The position numbers and the translations under genes were made by a program. Positions 21,289 to 31,488 of a stretch of 64,000 nucleotides of DNA are shown one piece after another. The stretch's first letter is position 1. Each line of letters begins with the position of its first letter. Below the pieces are notes generated by a model. That model made no database searches. It saw only the letters and a program-made list of their open reading frames with translations, and was not told the origin of the DNA. This DNA comes from Nitrosopumilaceae archaeon (lineage in GTDB: Archaea > Thermoproteota > Nitrososphaeria > Nitrososphaerales > Nitrosopumilaceae): positions 2,150,776-2,214,775 of the forward strand of contig OZ242365.1 in the NCBI GenBank assembly GCA_965208905.1, in the 5' to 3' direction.

Positions 21289-22472
21289 ATCGGCACCCTC
21301 TTCTCTATGTGTTTTTTAATAGCATCAAAAGTCTTTGGAGTTGTGTGGGTGAGTGCGTAAGCTTCACGATATAGGGTTCGACCTTCCCCAACGGCGGTGG
21401 TTAAAATATTCATGAACCGGTGGCTTATGTAGGCGGGTATGGCTTTGTCAGGGGGCGCTCCACCCGACCTTTTCTGTTTTTCTGCGGCTTTCCAATCATC
21501 ATATATTCGTGTGTAGTCCTGATAAAAGGCATCAAATTGGGCCTGGGATATACATTCTGCATCCAAGGCTCTGCGCGCAGCAACAATCTTGCTCACCTTG
21601 AAACGACGGGCTATAGCGCGATAGACATCACCTGATACGGTAAACTCATCCCAATGTTGGGTTATTGCTTTGGTGGGAACCAATAGTTCGGCGGCGATCC
21701 TATTACATGCACGTTCTAGTTGGTTGTTTGCTGGTTGAAAATTGTGTAGATCAAATGAGGCGCTTTCTCCAAGCCATATGTGGGCCAACTCATGGGCTAA
21801 AGTGAACATTTGGGCACCAGGATAGTCGGCGCTATTAACAAAGATGAATGGCGCATAATCATCTACCAAGACAAAACCACGAAACTCCACCGGGTCTAGT
21901 TTACGACTGTGATGGTGTTTGACCATCTGTGTCCTCGCTAGAAATATTCGCTTCTTCTCTATTTTGGAACGTAAAACAGACCAATTAACCTCCTCTTTTT
22001 GGCTATTAGCCCATGCTTCCTGTAAGCTCAGTTCATCTTGAATCTTGGTGGCCACCTGTATAGGATCATCATGTATAGTACAGGAATTGACAAAGGGTAG
22101 TTTGTCCGCGCCAAGCTCTACAAGGTACTCCCGTACCCACTCTTGGCGCCGTTCTGTGAATTTGATGGTATCCTCAAGGTTAATGCTACGCTTTAGCGGT
22201 TTGGTGTTGTTCATGGTTCTAAAGTGTGGGATAGGTGATGGAGAGTCATCTGGCGGTTCAGAAAGTAGTAGGTAACCAAGTGGCGTATAGGTGGTTTTTG
22301 ATAATCTCTCTAATTGCAAAAGCGTTGGGGATTTGTCGCCAGCCAACCATTTTGGTAGACGTTTAAAGTTCGTCTTGGCAGATAGTTCAGATACACTCTT
22401 GCCAGATCGCCGTAGTGCCCATTCCAATACTTTTGGCTCTACATCAACATAGAGTCGACTCTGCTCTCCCAT
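21285..22472 (-). CDS. XRE-HTH plus ImmA/IrrE metallopeptidase
   Basis: N-terminal HTH. FTLAHELAH (HExxH) and E..CNRIAAELL. Confidence 0.9.
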   Translation of the reverse strand: MGEQSRLYVDVEPKVLEWALRRSGKSVSELSAKTNFKRLPKWLAGDKSPTLLQLERLSKTTYTPLGYLLLSEPPDDSPSPIPHFRTMNNTKPLKRSINLEDTIKFTERRQEWVREYLVELGADKLPFVNSCTIHDDPIQVATKIQDELSLQEAWANSQKEEVNWSVLRSKIEKKRIFLARTQMVKHHHSRKLDPVEFRGFVLVDDYAPFIFVNSADYPGAQMFTLAHELAHIWLGESASFDLHNFQPANNQLERACNRIAAELLVPTKAITQHWDEFTVSGDVYRAIARRFKVSKIVAARRALDAECISQAQFDAFYQDYTRIYDDWKAAEKQKRSGGAPPDKAIPAYISHRFMNILTTAVGEGRTLYREAYALTHTTPKTFDAIKKHIEKRVPI

Positions 22473-22635
22473 TACTATACAATAGATATACATCATATGT
22501 GTCTTTTTGTGTTCTCCGCTGTTCTCCGCGACGAGACGATGCACTGGGGGGTTATGAGGTTGGTGAGCTGTAACGCATGCTAAAATCAGTCAGTCGCCTA
22601 TAATTTTGGTCCGATATAGTATATTTTGGCTGATT

Positions 22636-23061
22636 CTATGAATGATTGCGAAGCAAACTACGATCCAATGAAACGTCAAGTATTCGTCGAGTATTCAACC
22701 TAGTGGAAATACGGAGATGTGGACATGTCTTTCTCCATGAAACCCGGCAGGCATCCCTGTCTAGTATCCTCTTCCTGCTGGGAGCCACCCTATCGACCTT
22801 GCCGTCCAGTCCGAGCCCATGCACGCGCAGCAGCCAGTCGTAGACGGTAGCATACGGCCTGCCCATATCTTTGGCCATCCTGTTGATGCTATCACATCTC
22901 TTCCTTTTGAGGATAGCCGTCAGTATGAGCAGCTCCATGTAGATCTCCTTGCAGTTGGGGATGGCGGCAACCATCTCTTCTAGTTCCGCCTCTGAAACAT
23001 CCGGAATGTACCCATCACCGATGGGCATCTTCTCAGGTTTTTCCGTTTTGGTGTATACCAT
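22636..23061 (-). pseudogene. IS630-like transposase N-terminal (HTH) remnant
   Basis: TVYDWLLR...GLDG..D...R matches the HTH of the transposase at 4041..5048. No DDE domain. Confidence 0.6.
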
Positions 23062-23194
23062 GGGGTATGCGAGCAGTTAGTCTGATCTTAATCTTTCGAT
23101 TGGTCACGCCACGGAATCGCTCGGATTGGGGCAAATTTATCGATTTGTGTCAGTACATCCATAATCTATCGAATCCTACTGTCCGCTAGTATGC

Positions 23195-24584
23195 CTACGT
23201 TTTACATCCTGCATTGGGGTTATTTTGTGCAACAACTAACTGTCGTATCAGACCAGTCAGTGATCCTAGTATATCTTCAGGTGTATCATCCGAGTCCGAA
23301 TATCTTTTTAGTAAATCTAATAGTTCGGTAGCAGACATCTCCTGTTGTTTCCTTAATGTAGATATCTCCTGACGCATACTATCTCTTTCATGTCTCATAT
23401 CAGCCACATCTCTAGAAAGACGCTCTAGAGTTCTATCCACCGCAGTCTCTAATTTTTGTATATTAGACGTCATTACATGGTTGGATTGTCGTAGTCTTTC
23501 AGTCTCCTCGATTGTAAGGTCAGGTACAACCTTGGTGTACTCTATTGCCAACTCCATCAGATTTGTCTTAAAGTAGTTCTGGTCTAATGATACAAGACCT
23601 CGATGTCCCATCATATACTCTTTTTTGATGAGAGAGGCTAGTGTTGAGTCTCCAGATGCAGCCTCTTTACATGTCTTGTTCCAAAATCGACGAAAGCCGT
23701 TCATTATAGGTACCTCGAATCTTTTGGATGTTTTAGTGCGTCGTAGTCCTGCCTTGGTGGCCATCCTGACCACACGGTCCCGAAGTATCTTTGTAGATGC
23801 GCTCCCATACGAGCCTCTCTGCACCAGAAATATCGGATCTTTTGGGTTTGGTGGCTGGCGTCTTAACTCGGCCCATGTACGACCATACACCTGCAAGGCA
23901 TCAAACGCCTCGGGCGTAATGAATGCAAGATAGCTCTCAGGAGATCCCCTATACACGCGGAGTACTGCACATGCTACGCTACCATCATTATTTTCTGGGC
24001 CTAGTACAAGACTGCCATCATTGATGCGATATATTGGTGTCAAATCTTCCCATATGAGGTTCAAACCTCCGGCACGCATGCCCGAGCTTGCCAATACCAG
24101 TACCAAGGCCCGGTCTAATGGGCCGCGTGCGTACTTTAGCATCAAAGATATCTCGTCTCTGATCCAGCCTCTGGACTCGGACATATTGTCTCTCTCTGGA
24201 TAGGTGGCATAGATTCTCTTCCAGGGTATGGTCACATCATTCATGTCAAGTAACTTTTTGATTGGCTTAAAGTAGTTTCCAACCGAGTCGGGGGTTTAGA
24301 TAATTAGTATGCTCTGTAGGGAGTTCTGTTCTCTCACGCAACTTCCTAGAGAGGCTCAACAGCAAGTCGCGCATCCATACGGGTTCATCCCTTCCTATAT
24401 CGACCATCTGTTGTGCACGTTCTTCAAATGTGCCTTCTAATACATCTTCGAGGATCTTGCATGTGACCTGTTTGAGTACCTGTGTGTACTTATCAGCAGT
24501 CTCCTTGGACTTTATACCCTGCTTAAACAACTCCAGTGGCGAATCGTCTTCTACTCTCACTATTTCGTCTCGGGTTATCTTCAC
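23195..24584 (-). pseudogene. Tyrosine recombinase/integrase split by a +1 frameshift
   Basis: Motifs SSGMRAG, NGFRR, MMGH and QNY. Deleting one base of the G5 run at 24290-24294 joins ORFs 24267..24626 and 23195..24244 (YLNPDSVGNYFKPIKKLLDMND). Confidence 0.85.
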
Positions 24585-24630
24585 ATGTAAGAATGTCAAA
24601 GAACCTATAAAAGAACAGTTAATCATGTAG

Positions 24631-25956
24631 ATCTCTGAGAATCTAGGTGTCGTTCAAGAGACTGTAGCTCCAGACCCCTCTGCCACTGCAATACCATCTC
24701 TGATGAGTGAGGTGAGGGACAATGTCATTAAAGCCAGCTTTTACGCAAAGCAATTTGCCGCTACCAATAACGAGAACGCCATAAGTCTTTGGCCAAAGAA
24801 TGACGACGCTTACGGCTTGGAGTATGACTTTACCTTTAGCTGTGACAAGCCTGTCCTAGTCGATACGGTTACGGTTACGGCAGAAGGGCCACTGAAGGGT
24901 GATGACGAGCTTCCTGCTGCTGGCAGTAGTAACGCTATTAGTGCGGGGGCTTATGGTCACCCACTTCTTGTTAGAACATACGATGACGATGATACCCGTC
25001 CCACTACACCTGCCGAGGAACTAATTCTAGATCCGGCAACAACAATCACGGTTAATGGTCGCACTATAGTAGATACTGACTTTGATACTGGTAGTAGTAA
25101 TGTTGCATTTATTAAGCCAGCAGACTTTGAGCTCATGCACCTAAATCCAGGACAGACACTGAACTTTAAGACGGAGGTAAACTTTAGAGCATATACTGAC
25201 GTTGAAAGTCCAGACTTTCAGTCCGAAGATCCACGAAAAGTTGGTTTCATATATAAACTGAATAGTAGCGATAAGGAGGTCACTGATACTAATGTTAATG
25301 TTCCATACTATCCTGCGGGCGGCTCCATAGGTGTTGACCATGATGGTGGTGATACCACCCCTACGATTGCGATAAACACATTCGCAAACCTAACCAATGG
25401 CAACTCCACACAACTTGAGCACTTTGACTTTGACATATTCAAAGTAAACGTAGATTACATATCACTAACTGGTAGCAATGCACAGTGTGCACTAAGCTTG
25501 CCTGATGACCCCACAATCTATCCACACAATCCATCTGCACTACTAATCAACTTGGTGGCTACCGGTGATGGTTTAATAAAGAACTTTGAGGCAATGGTAG
25601 ACTGTAACGACCGACCTACTAGAATTGTAGGTTCAGAGCTCAAGGCTAGTCATTCGGTGGGCGCTTCTGCGGCAGCTGCATCTAACTTGAAGATAGAGGC
25701 TGGCGGAGAGTCAATGTCCTTCAGATTAACCGAGGGTGAAACCCTAAACCTGTCTAGTACTACACAACCCAAGGCATTGAGCTTTGACTCTGGCACCATA
25801 ACGATTAGTGGTCAAGTACCACAAGTTTCAGGCGTGTTATTGAGTCTCAAGTATAATACATCTACAGGCAACACTTGTAGTATAGTTACACAATAATACA
25901 GTTTTTTCATTTTTTATTGTATAATGCCCCATATGGTGGCATAGATCCATATGGTG
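24631..25956 (+). repeat. Inverted repeat arm 1 (1326 bp): leaderless copy of the surface-protein 3' region and terminator
   Basis: Reverse complement of 26689-28014. Differences are clustered at 25729-25863, and a TAG immediately precedes the frame. Confidence 0.95.
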
Positions 25957-26029
25957 ATCTAAAGATATGATGTAAATCCAAGCAACAGTACGATGGCGCC
26001 CACCAACAAACCGTTAATTATACAAGTGG

Positions 26030-26270
26030 TTGTTGTCCAACCCGTCGGTGACTAGCTCCTTAGGCTTCTTACTAGCAACTTACTGTGCCTCCTTCAGCAA
26101 CGACCTAGTGTTGTACCAGTGCTTGGAATTGGCAACTTCCCGCGCTAGTATGAAGCGCGTCTCGCTGTCCATCATGGTGAACAGATGCTTCATGTTGCAG
26201 CTTGTCTTCACCCAGACCTCATCGGCATGCTACCGCTCCCCGACCTGAAGTGTAATAGTCCGGAGTAGCG
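26030..26270 (-). pseudogene. IS6-family transposase remnant
   Basis: The minus strand translates VGER*HADEVWVK...LFTMMDSETRFILA...KPKELVTDGL with internal stops. Confidence 0.75.
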
Positions 26271-26688
26271 AGCTGGACGGATATCCTCCTGCCCTACCTC
26301 AACGCTCTAGACATTTGTCCTTTTAAGCACGGGGCACAGATCGTCAACCTCATACACCCATATCTCTGCCATCCGAAAGTTCATGATATCAGAGTAACGT
26401 CCTCTCTAACATACCGAAGGCAAACCAACACATCGCGACGCCATAGAATAACGCGGCGGCGCCGGCCACAATAATTGCGCCGCGTGGAGTCTTTCTGTAC
26501 AGTTTACTCGGACTTACAGGTGTCTGCGGCATCTACATGCCATGTTTCGCACCTTTGAGCCGCCTCGCCATCCTTGCACTCATAACCCGTATTTGTGTAC
26601 ACATTGAGCTCGGCAACCCTCCCATGGATATTGTCCCCACAACCATCACGGCTACAGCCAATGACAATTGCCTAGTCAAGCCATTGAC

Positions 26689-28014
26689 CACCATATGGGG
26701 CTATGCCACCATATGGGGCATTATACAATAAAAAATGAAAAAACTGTATTATTGTGTAACTATACTACAAGTGTTGCCTGTAGCTGTATGATACTCGAGA
26801 CTCAATAGCACACCAGGAACTTGTGGTACTTGACCACTAATCTTTATGGTGCCAGAGTCAAAGCTCAATGAGTTGGGGCCATCAGTTTTGGTTAGGTCTT
26901 CACTAGGGGCACCCTGTAATCTGAAGGACATTGACTCTCCGCCAGCCTCTATCTTCAAGTTAGATGCAGCTGCCGCAGAAGCGCCCACCGAATGACTAGC
27001 CTTGAGCTCTGAACCTACAATTCTAGTAGGTCGGTCGTTACAGTCTACCATTGCCTCAAAGTTCTTTATTAAACCATCACCGGTAGCCACCAAGTTGATT
27101 AGTAGTGCAGATGGATTGTGTGGATAGATTGTGGGGTCATCAGGCAAGCTTAGTGCACACTGTGCATTGCTACCAGTTAGTGATATGTAATCTACGTTTA
27201 CTTTGAATATGTCAAAGTCAAAGTGCTCAAGTTGTGTGGAGTTGCCATTGGTTAGGTTTGCGAATGTGTTTATCGCAATCGTAGGGGTGGTATCACCACC
27301 ATCATGGTCAACACCTATGGAGCCGCCCGCAGGATAGTATGGAACATTAACATTAGTATCAGTGACCTCAGTATCGCTACTATTCAGTTTATATATGAAA
27401 CCAACTTTTCGTGTATCTTCGGACTGAAAGTCTGGACTTTCAACGTCAGTATATGCTCTAAAGTTTACCTCCGTCTTAAAGTTCAGTGTCTGTCCTGGAT
27501 TTAGGTGCATGAGCTCAAAGTCTGCTGGCTTAATAAATGCAACATTACTACTACCAGTATCAAAGTCAGTATCTACTATAGTGCGACCATTAACCGTGAT
27601 TGTTGTTGCCGGATCTAGAATTAGTTCCTCGGCAGGTGTAGTGGGACGGGTATCATCGTCATCGTATGTTCTAACAAGAAGTGGGTGACCATAAGCCCCC
27701 GCACTAATAGCGTTACTACTGCCAGCAGCAGGAAGCTCGTCATCACCCTTCAGTGGCCCTTCTGCCGTAACCGTAACCGTATCGACTAGGACAGGCTTGT
27801 CACAGCTAAAGGTAAAGTCATACTCCAAGCCGTAAGCGTCGTCATTCTTTGGCCAAAGACTTATGGCGTTCTCGTTATTGGTAGCGGCAAATTGCTTTGC
27901 GTAAAAGCTGGCTTTAATGACATTGTCCCTCACCTCACTCATCAGAGATGGTATTGCAGTGGCAGAGGGGTCTGGAGCTACAGTCTCTTGAACGACACCT
28001 AGATTCTCAGAGAT
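26689..28014 (-). repeat. Inverted repeat arm 2 (within and downstream of the full-length gene)
   Basis: Reverse complement of 24631-25956. Confidence 0.95.
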
Positions 28015-28527
28015 ACTACTCAACTGAGTCTGAAGTGCATCAAGTTTCTGGTTCACATTCTCCTCTAGAGCGTTAAGTCTAGCATTTGTACTGGTACTCA
28101 GATCGTTGACAGTAGCCTGCAAGTCGCTGCTATCACCCATGGACTCTACATGTTCATCTACATGCGCAACAGCATCCTTTACTGCATCTATCTCATCGGC
28201 TAGATCATCAATGGCACTTGCAACATCAGCGGCACCCGCTAGAGTTGTCTCAATATTAGTCAATTTGGATGTTATCTCGGCGTTTGATGAGCTGACATCA
28301 GAACTCAATTGGTCAACACTGCCAGTTAGAGCTTCTATAGATGCCATGAGACTGTTCAAGGCCTCCTGAATCATCTTTACAACACTATTGGTGTCATCAG
28401 TAGTATTTACAACAGTTGTTAATTTTTCAGTATTTGTCTGCGCAAATGCGTCAGTTATCGTCGTTGTACCTGCAATCACTACTATAGATAGTAGAAGAGC
28501 AGGTAGGAATTTACTTTTCATTGTCAT
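26749..28527 (-). CDS. Secreted coiled-coil surface/fibre-like protein (full-length copy)
   Basis: Signal peptide ...DAFA|QTNTE, a ~150-aa coiled coil and a beta-rich C-terminal region. Confidence 0.85.
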   Translation of the reverse strand: MTMKSKFLPALLLSIVVIAGTTTITDAFAQTNTEKLTTVVNTTDDTNSVVKMIQEALNSLMASIEALTGSVDQLSSDVSSSNAEITSKLTNIETTLAGAADVASAIDDLADEIDAVKDAVAHVDEHVESMGDSSDLQATVNDLSTSTNARLNALEENVNQKLDALQTQLSSISENLGVVQETVAPDPSATAIPSLMSEVRDNVIKASFYAKQFAATNNENAISLWPKNDDAYGLEYDFTFSCDKPVLVDTVTVTAEGPLKGDDELPAAGSSNAISAGAYGHPLLVRTYDDDDTRPTTPAEELILDPATTITVNGRTIVDTDFDTGSSNVAFIKPADFELMHLNPGQTLNFKTEVNFRAYTDVESPDFQSEDTRKVGFIYKLNSSDTEVTDTNVNVPYYPAGGSIGVDHDGGDTTPTIAINTFANLTNGNSTQLEHFDFDIFKVNVDYISLTGSNAQCALSLPDDPTIYPHNPSALLINLVATGDGLIKNFEAMVDCNDRPTRIVGSELKASHSVGASAAAASNLKIEAGGESMSFRLQGAPSEDLTKTDGPNSLSFDSGTIKISGQVPQVPGVLLSLEYHTATGNTCSIVTQ

Positions 28528-28569
28528 AATTCCCGTTCAAGTTTATTTAAATATTTCTAAGAACGCAAT

Positions 28570-29325
28570 CTACTTTGATAGGAAGGCATTCATCATTGTA
28601 GTGCGATCATCATGCGTGAAACAGTTGCGCCACACTAGTAGTTCAATCGATAGACCAGTATCCAGGTCCGAGTTGCGGCCATTATTCATTGCAATCTTGG
28701 ACATCTGAACACCCATTGAGGAGTTTTTGCATATCATATCGGCCACACGTTTGACTTCATCCATCAAATCATCATGAGACACGACACGATTCACTAAACC
28801 CATCGACAGAGCCTCATCGGCCTTTACCATCCTACCAGTATACACCATATCTTTGGCGTGCGCTATACCCACAAGGCGCATCAGTCTCTGAGTACCACCC
28901 CAACCCGGAGGTATTCCTATTGTAACTTCAGGCTGGCCTAGTCGTGCCTTCTCTGAAGCTATACGTATATCACAAGACATGGCCACCTCGCAACCGCCAC
29001 CCAAGGCAAAGCCGTTTACAGCGGCTATCACCGGTTGGCGGGTATGCTCTATGGTATTTGTGACTTTCTGGCCCAATTTGGCATATACGACAGACTCGTC
29101 TGCAGTTATCTTTGACATGTATGAGATGTCCGCGCCCGCAGAGAATGCCCTATCACCACTACCAGTCAGTATCACACACTTTATCTCATCATCTGTATTG
29201 ATATCATTGAACGTTGCAATTAGCTCGTTGGCCACATCAATATTCATTGCATTTAGTTTGTCTGGGCGATTTATGGTAACCAAGCATACACCATCAGATA
29301 TCATATCACGCAACACCAAGGACAT
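28570..29325 (-). CDS. Enoyl-CoA hydratase (3-hydroxypropionyl-CoA dehydratase/crotonyl-CoA hydratase, 3HP/4HB cycle)
   Basis: Motifs [17 protein letters not shown] and GQPE...PGWGGTQRL. It lies next to the ADP-forming synthetase as in Nitrosopumilus. Confidence 0.9.
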   Translation of the reverse strand: MSLVLRDMISDGVCLVTINRPDKLNAMNIDVANELIATFNDINTDDEIKCVILTGSGDRAFSAGADISYMSKITADESVVYAKLGQKVTNTIEHTRQPVIAAVNGFALGGGCEVAMSCDIRIASEKARLGQPEVTIGIPPGWGGTQRLMRLVGIAHAKDMVYTGRMVKADEALSMGLVNRVVSHDDLMDEVKRVADMICKNSSMGVQMSKIAMNNGRNSDLDTGLSIELLVWRNCFTHDDRTTMMNAFLSK

Positions 29326-29328
29326 GAC

Positions 29329-31452
29329 TCATGACACCTCCTGAAGCTTGCGGCCCCACTGGTATAATGCCGAAGCGGCAGCTACCCAGTCTCTCAAATC
29401 CGAGTATACAGGTATGTTGTGAGATTCTATCATGGCAGTGACCTTCTGCGTATATGGACCACCGTTTCCACCAACCAGTAGCGGCTTTGTACCGTTGCAA
29501 TCTTTCAAATAGTTTACAATCACCTCATCTAGAGGGTCATCTTGAAAGACAAACCATGGCATCAATATATCGACATTCTCATCAGCTAAAAACGTCTCTA
29601 TTACAAACTTGTAATCTTCGGCAGACGCGCCACCAGTAACATCGGCAGGATTGCCACTTCCTATAACATAGGTGGGAGGAAAGTTGTCTACCATCTTTTG
29701 CCTAGACTCATCTGTAACAGTAGCTAGCTGTAGTGATAGTCGCTCAAACTGGTCTATGGCACCAATCATTGGGCCAGCACCATTACTACATAGAGACGTA
29801 CGGTTTCCTGATGCAGGAGGCTGCCACGACAAGGCCTTTGATACGGCGACCAACTCCTGATAGCTGTCTACAGATATGATACCCGCCTGACGCAAGGCAC
29901 CCATTATGATATTGTTGGTTCCGCCTAGAGAACCGGTATGAGAGGCGGCCTGCTTGGCACCAGCGGCACTTCGGCCACTCTTCCATATTATTATAGGCTT
30001 GTGTGTCTCGGCCATCACCCGCTTGGCGGTATTTATGAATTTGCGGCCATCTCCAAAGCCTTCCACGTATAGGGCTATGACACGGGTCTGCGGGTCATGC
30101 GCCAGATACCATATCATGTCGGCCTCGTCCACATCCGAACGATTGCCATAACTTATCATTTTAGACAGGCCAAATGTGTCAGCAGACTCTAAAAAGCTAA
30201 TCCCCATGGTACCACTCTGCGATAGTAGAGCCACATTGCCTAATTTGGCTCGAACCATTCGCTCCTGGCCCTGAAATGCACAGTCCAGTCTGTTGGCGGC
30301 ATTGAACATGCCTATACAGTTTGGTCCTATAATACGGATATTATGTTTGATAGATAGTTCTTTTATCTGGGCCTCGTACTCGGCGCGCTCACCACCTAAC
30401 TCTTTACCGCCACCAGATACTATGACAACACTGTGTATATCTTTTTTAGCGCACTCCTCTAGTATGGGAGGGGTCCTAGACAAATCGACAGAAACCACTA
30501 CCATATCCACATCGTCGGGAACATCAGAGATGGACTTGTAGCAGGGTATATCAAATATGGACTCTTGTGATGGGTTGATAGGATATACCGTACCTGTATA
30601 GTCATAGTTTACTAGACTGTCCAGTATGGAGTTACCTATCTTTCCTTTTTTAGATGAAGCACCCACCAAAGCTATAGACCTAGGAGTAAAGAACTGCTCC
30701 ATGTGATCTTTGTTTGGTTCGGCAACAGATACAGAGTTGTGTCGCATACTATCGTTCAGTATTATCTTAGCATCTACAACCTTGTATGATTTAGGATATA
30801 CCACCACAGGGTTAAAGTCTATACTGTTTATGTAGTCGGCATTGTCGATGGCCATAGTACCTATCTTTACTAACATATCACATACCATATCAATATCTAC
30901 AGGTTCACTACCACGAAAGCCCTTTAGCAGTTTTATACCACGCAGCTCCTCAAGCATCGACTTGGCATCTGAAGTATCAATGGGCAACATACGGAACGAG
31001 ACATCTTTCATTATCTCGGTCATTATACCACCCATTCCCACCATTATGACAGGACCAAATTGGGGATCATTTTGAACGCCTACAATCAATTCGATACCAC
31101 TGGGCACCATCTGCTCTAACAGTATACCCTTTACTGATGCTGTCTTAGAGAGACGCTTGTTCATATCTTTGAATACATCTTTGGCCTCGGAGGTCTTTTG
31201 TATGCCCACCTTTACACCTCCCACATCGGTCTTGTGTAGAATTTCGGGAGAGACTACCTTCATCACCATTGGAAAGCCCACCTTTTTGGCGGCGGATGAT
31301 ACATCCTTCTTTGATGTCACCAAGGCATACTTTGGTATGTCAACACCATACTTTTCTAAAATCAGTTTTGATAGCTCTTCGGTGATTACCTTGTGATCTG
31401 TCTTCATAGTCTCTTTGAATATCTTTTTGACTTTCTTCACAATGGGGCGCAT
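29329..31452 (-). CDS. ADP-forming acyl-CoA synthetase (probable 3-hydroxypropionyl-CoA synthetase)
   Basis: ATP-grasp (HKTDVGGV), CoA-binding (IIGPNCIG) and SHTGSL motifs. Confidence 0.9.
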   Translation of the reverse strand: MRPIVKKVKKIFKETMKTDHKVITEELSKLILEKYGVDIPKYALVTSKKDVSSAAKKVGFPMVMKVVSPEILHKTDVGGVKVGIQKTSEAKDVFKDMNKRLSKTASVKGILLEQMVPSGIELIVGVQNDPQFGPVIMVGMGGIMTEIMKDVSFRMLPIDTSDAKSMLEELRGIKLLKGFRGSEPVDIDMVCDMLVKIGTMAIDNADYINSIDFNPVVVYPKSYKVVDAKIILNDSMRHNSVSVAEPNKDHMEQFFTPRSIALVGASSKKGKIGNSILDSLVNYDYTGTVYPINPSQESIFDIPCYKSISDVPDDVDMVVVSVDLSRTPPILEECAKKDIHSVVIVSGGGKELGGERAEYEAQIKELSIKHNIRIIGPNCIGMFNAANRLDCAFQGQERMVRAKLGNVALLSQSGTMGISFLESADTFGLSKMISYGNRSDVDEADMIWYLAHDPQTRVIALYVEGFGDGRKFINTAKRVMAETHKPIIIWKSGRSAAGAKQAASHTGSLGGTNNIIMGALRQAGIISVDSYQELVAVSKALSWQPPASGNRTSLCSNGAGPMIGAIDQFERLSLQLATVTDESRQKMVDNFPPTYVIGSGNPADVTGGASAEDYKFVIETFLADENVDILMPWFVFQDDPLDEVIVNYLKDCNGTKPLLVGGNGGPYTQKVTAMIESHNIPVYSDLRDWVAAASALYQWGRKLQEVS

Positions 31453-31488
31453 GCGTAGTTCATATATTAAACTATGTGAAAGGTTCAG

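Noticed and set aside
23100-24640. Provirus or integrative element with tRNA attachment site
   Set aside because: No tRNA, att direct repeats or viral genes were recognised near the integrase.
25729-26916. Diversity-generating retroelement (TR/VR pair) as the explanation of the variable C-termini
   Set aside because: The differences are not adenine-specific (e.g. GCA/TCA, TTA/CTA, TCT/GCT), and there is no reverse transcriptase in the window.
28525-28534. ATAATTCCC matching the tnpB-element terminus
   Set aside because: It overlaps the start codon of the surface-protein gene and has no partner end or TSD, so it is probably chance.
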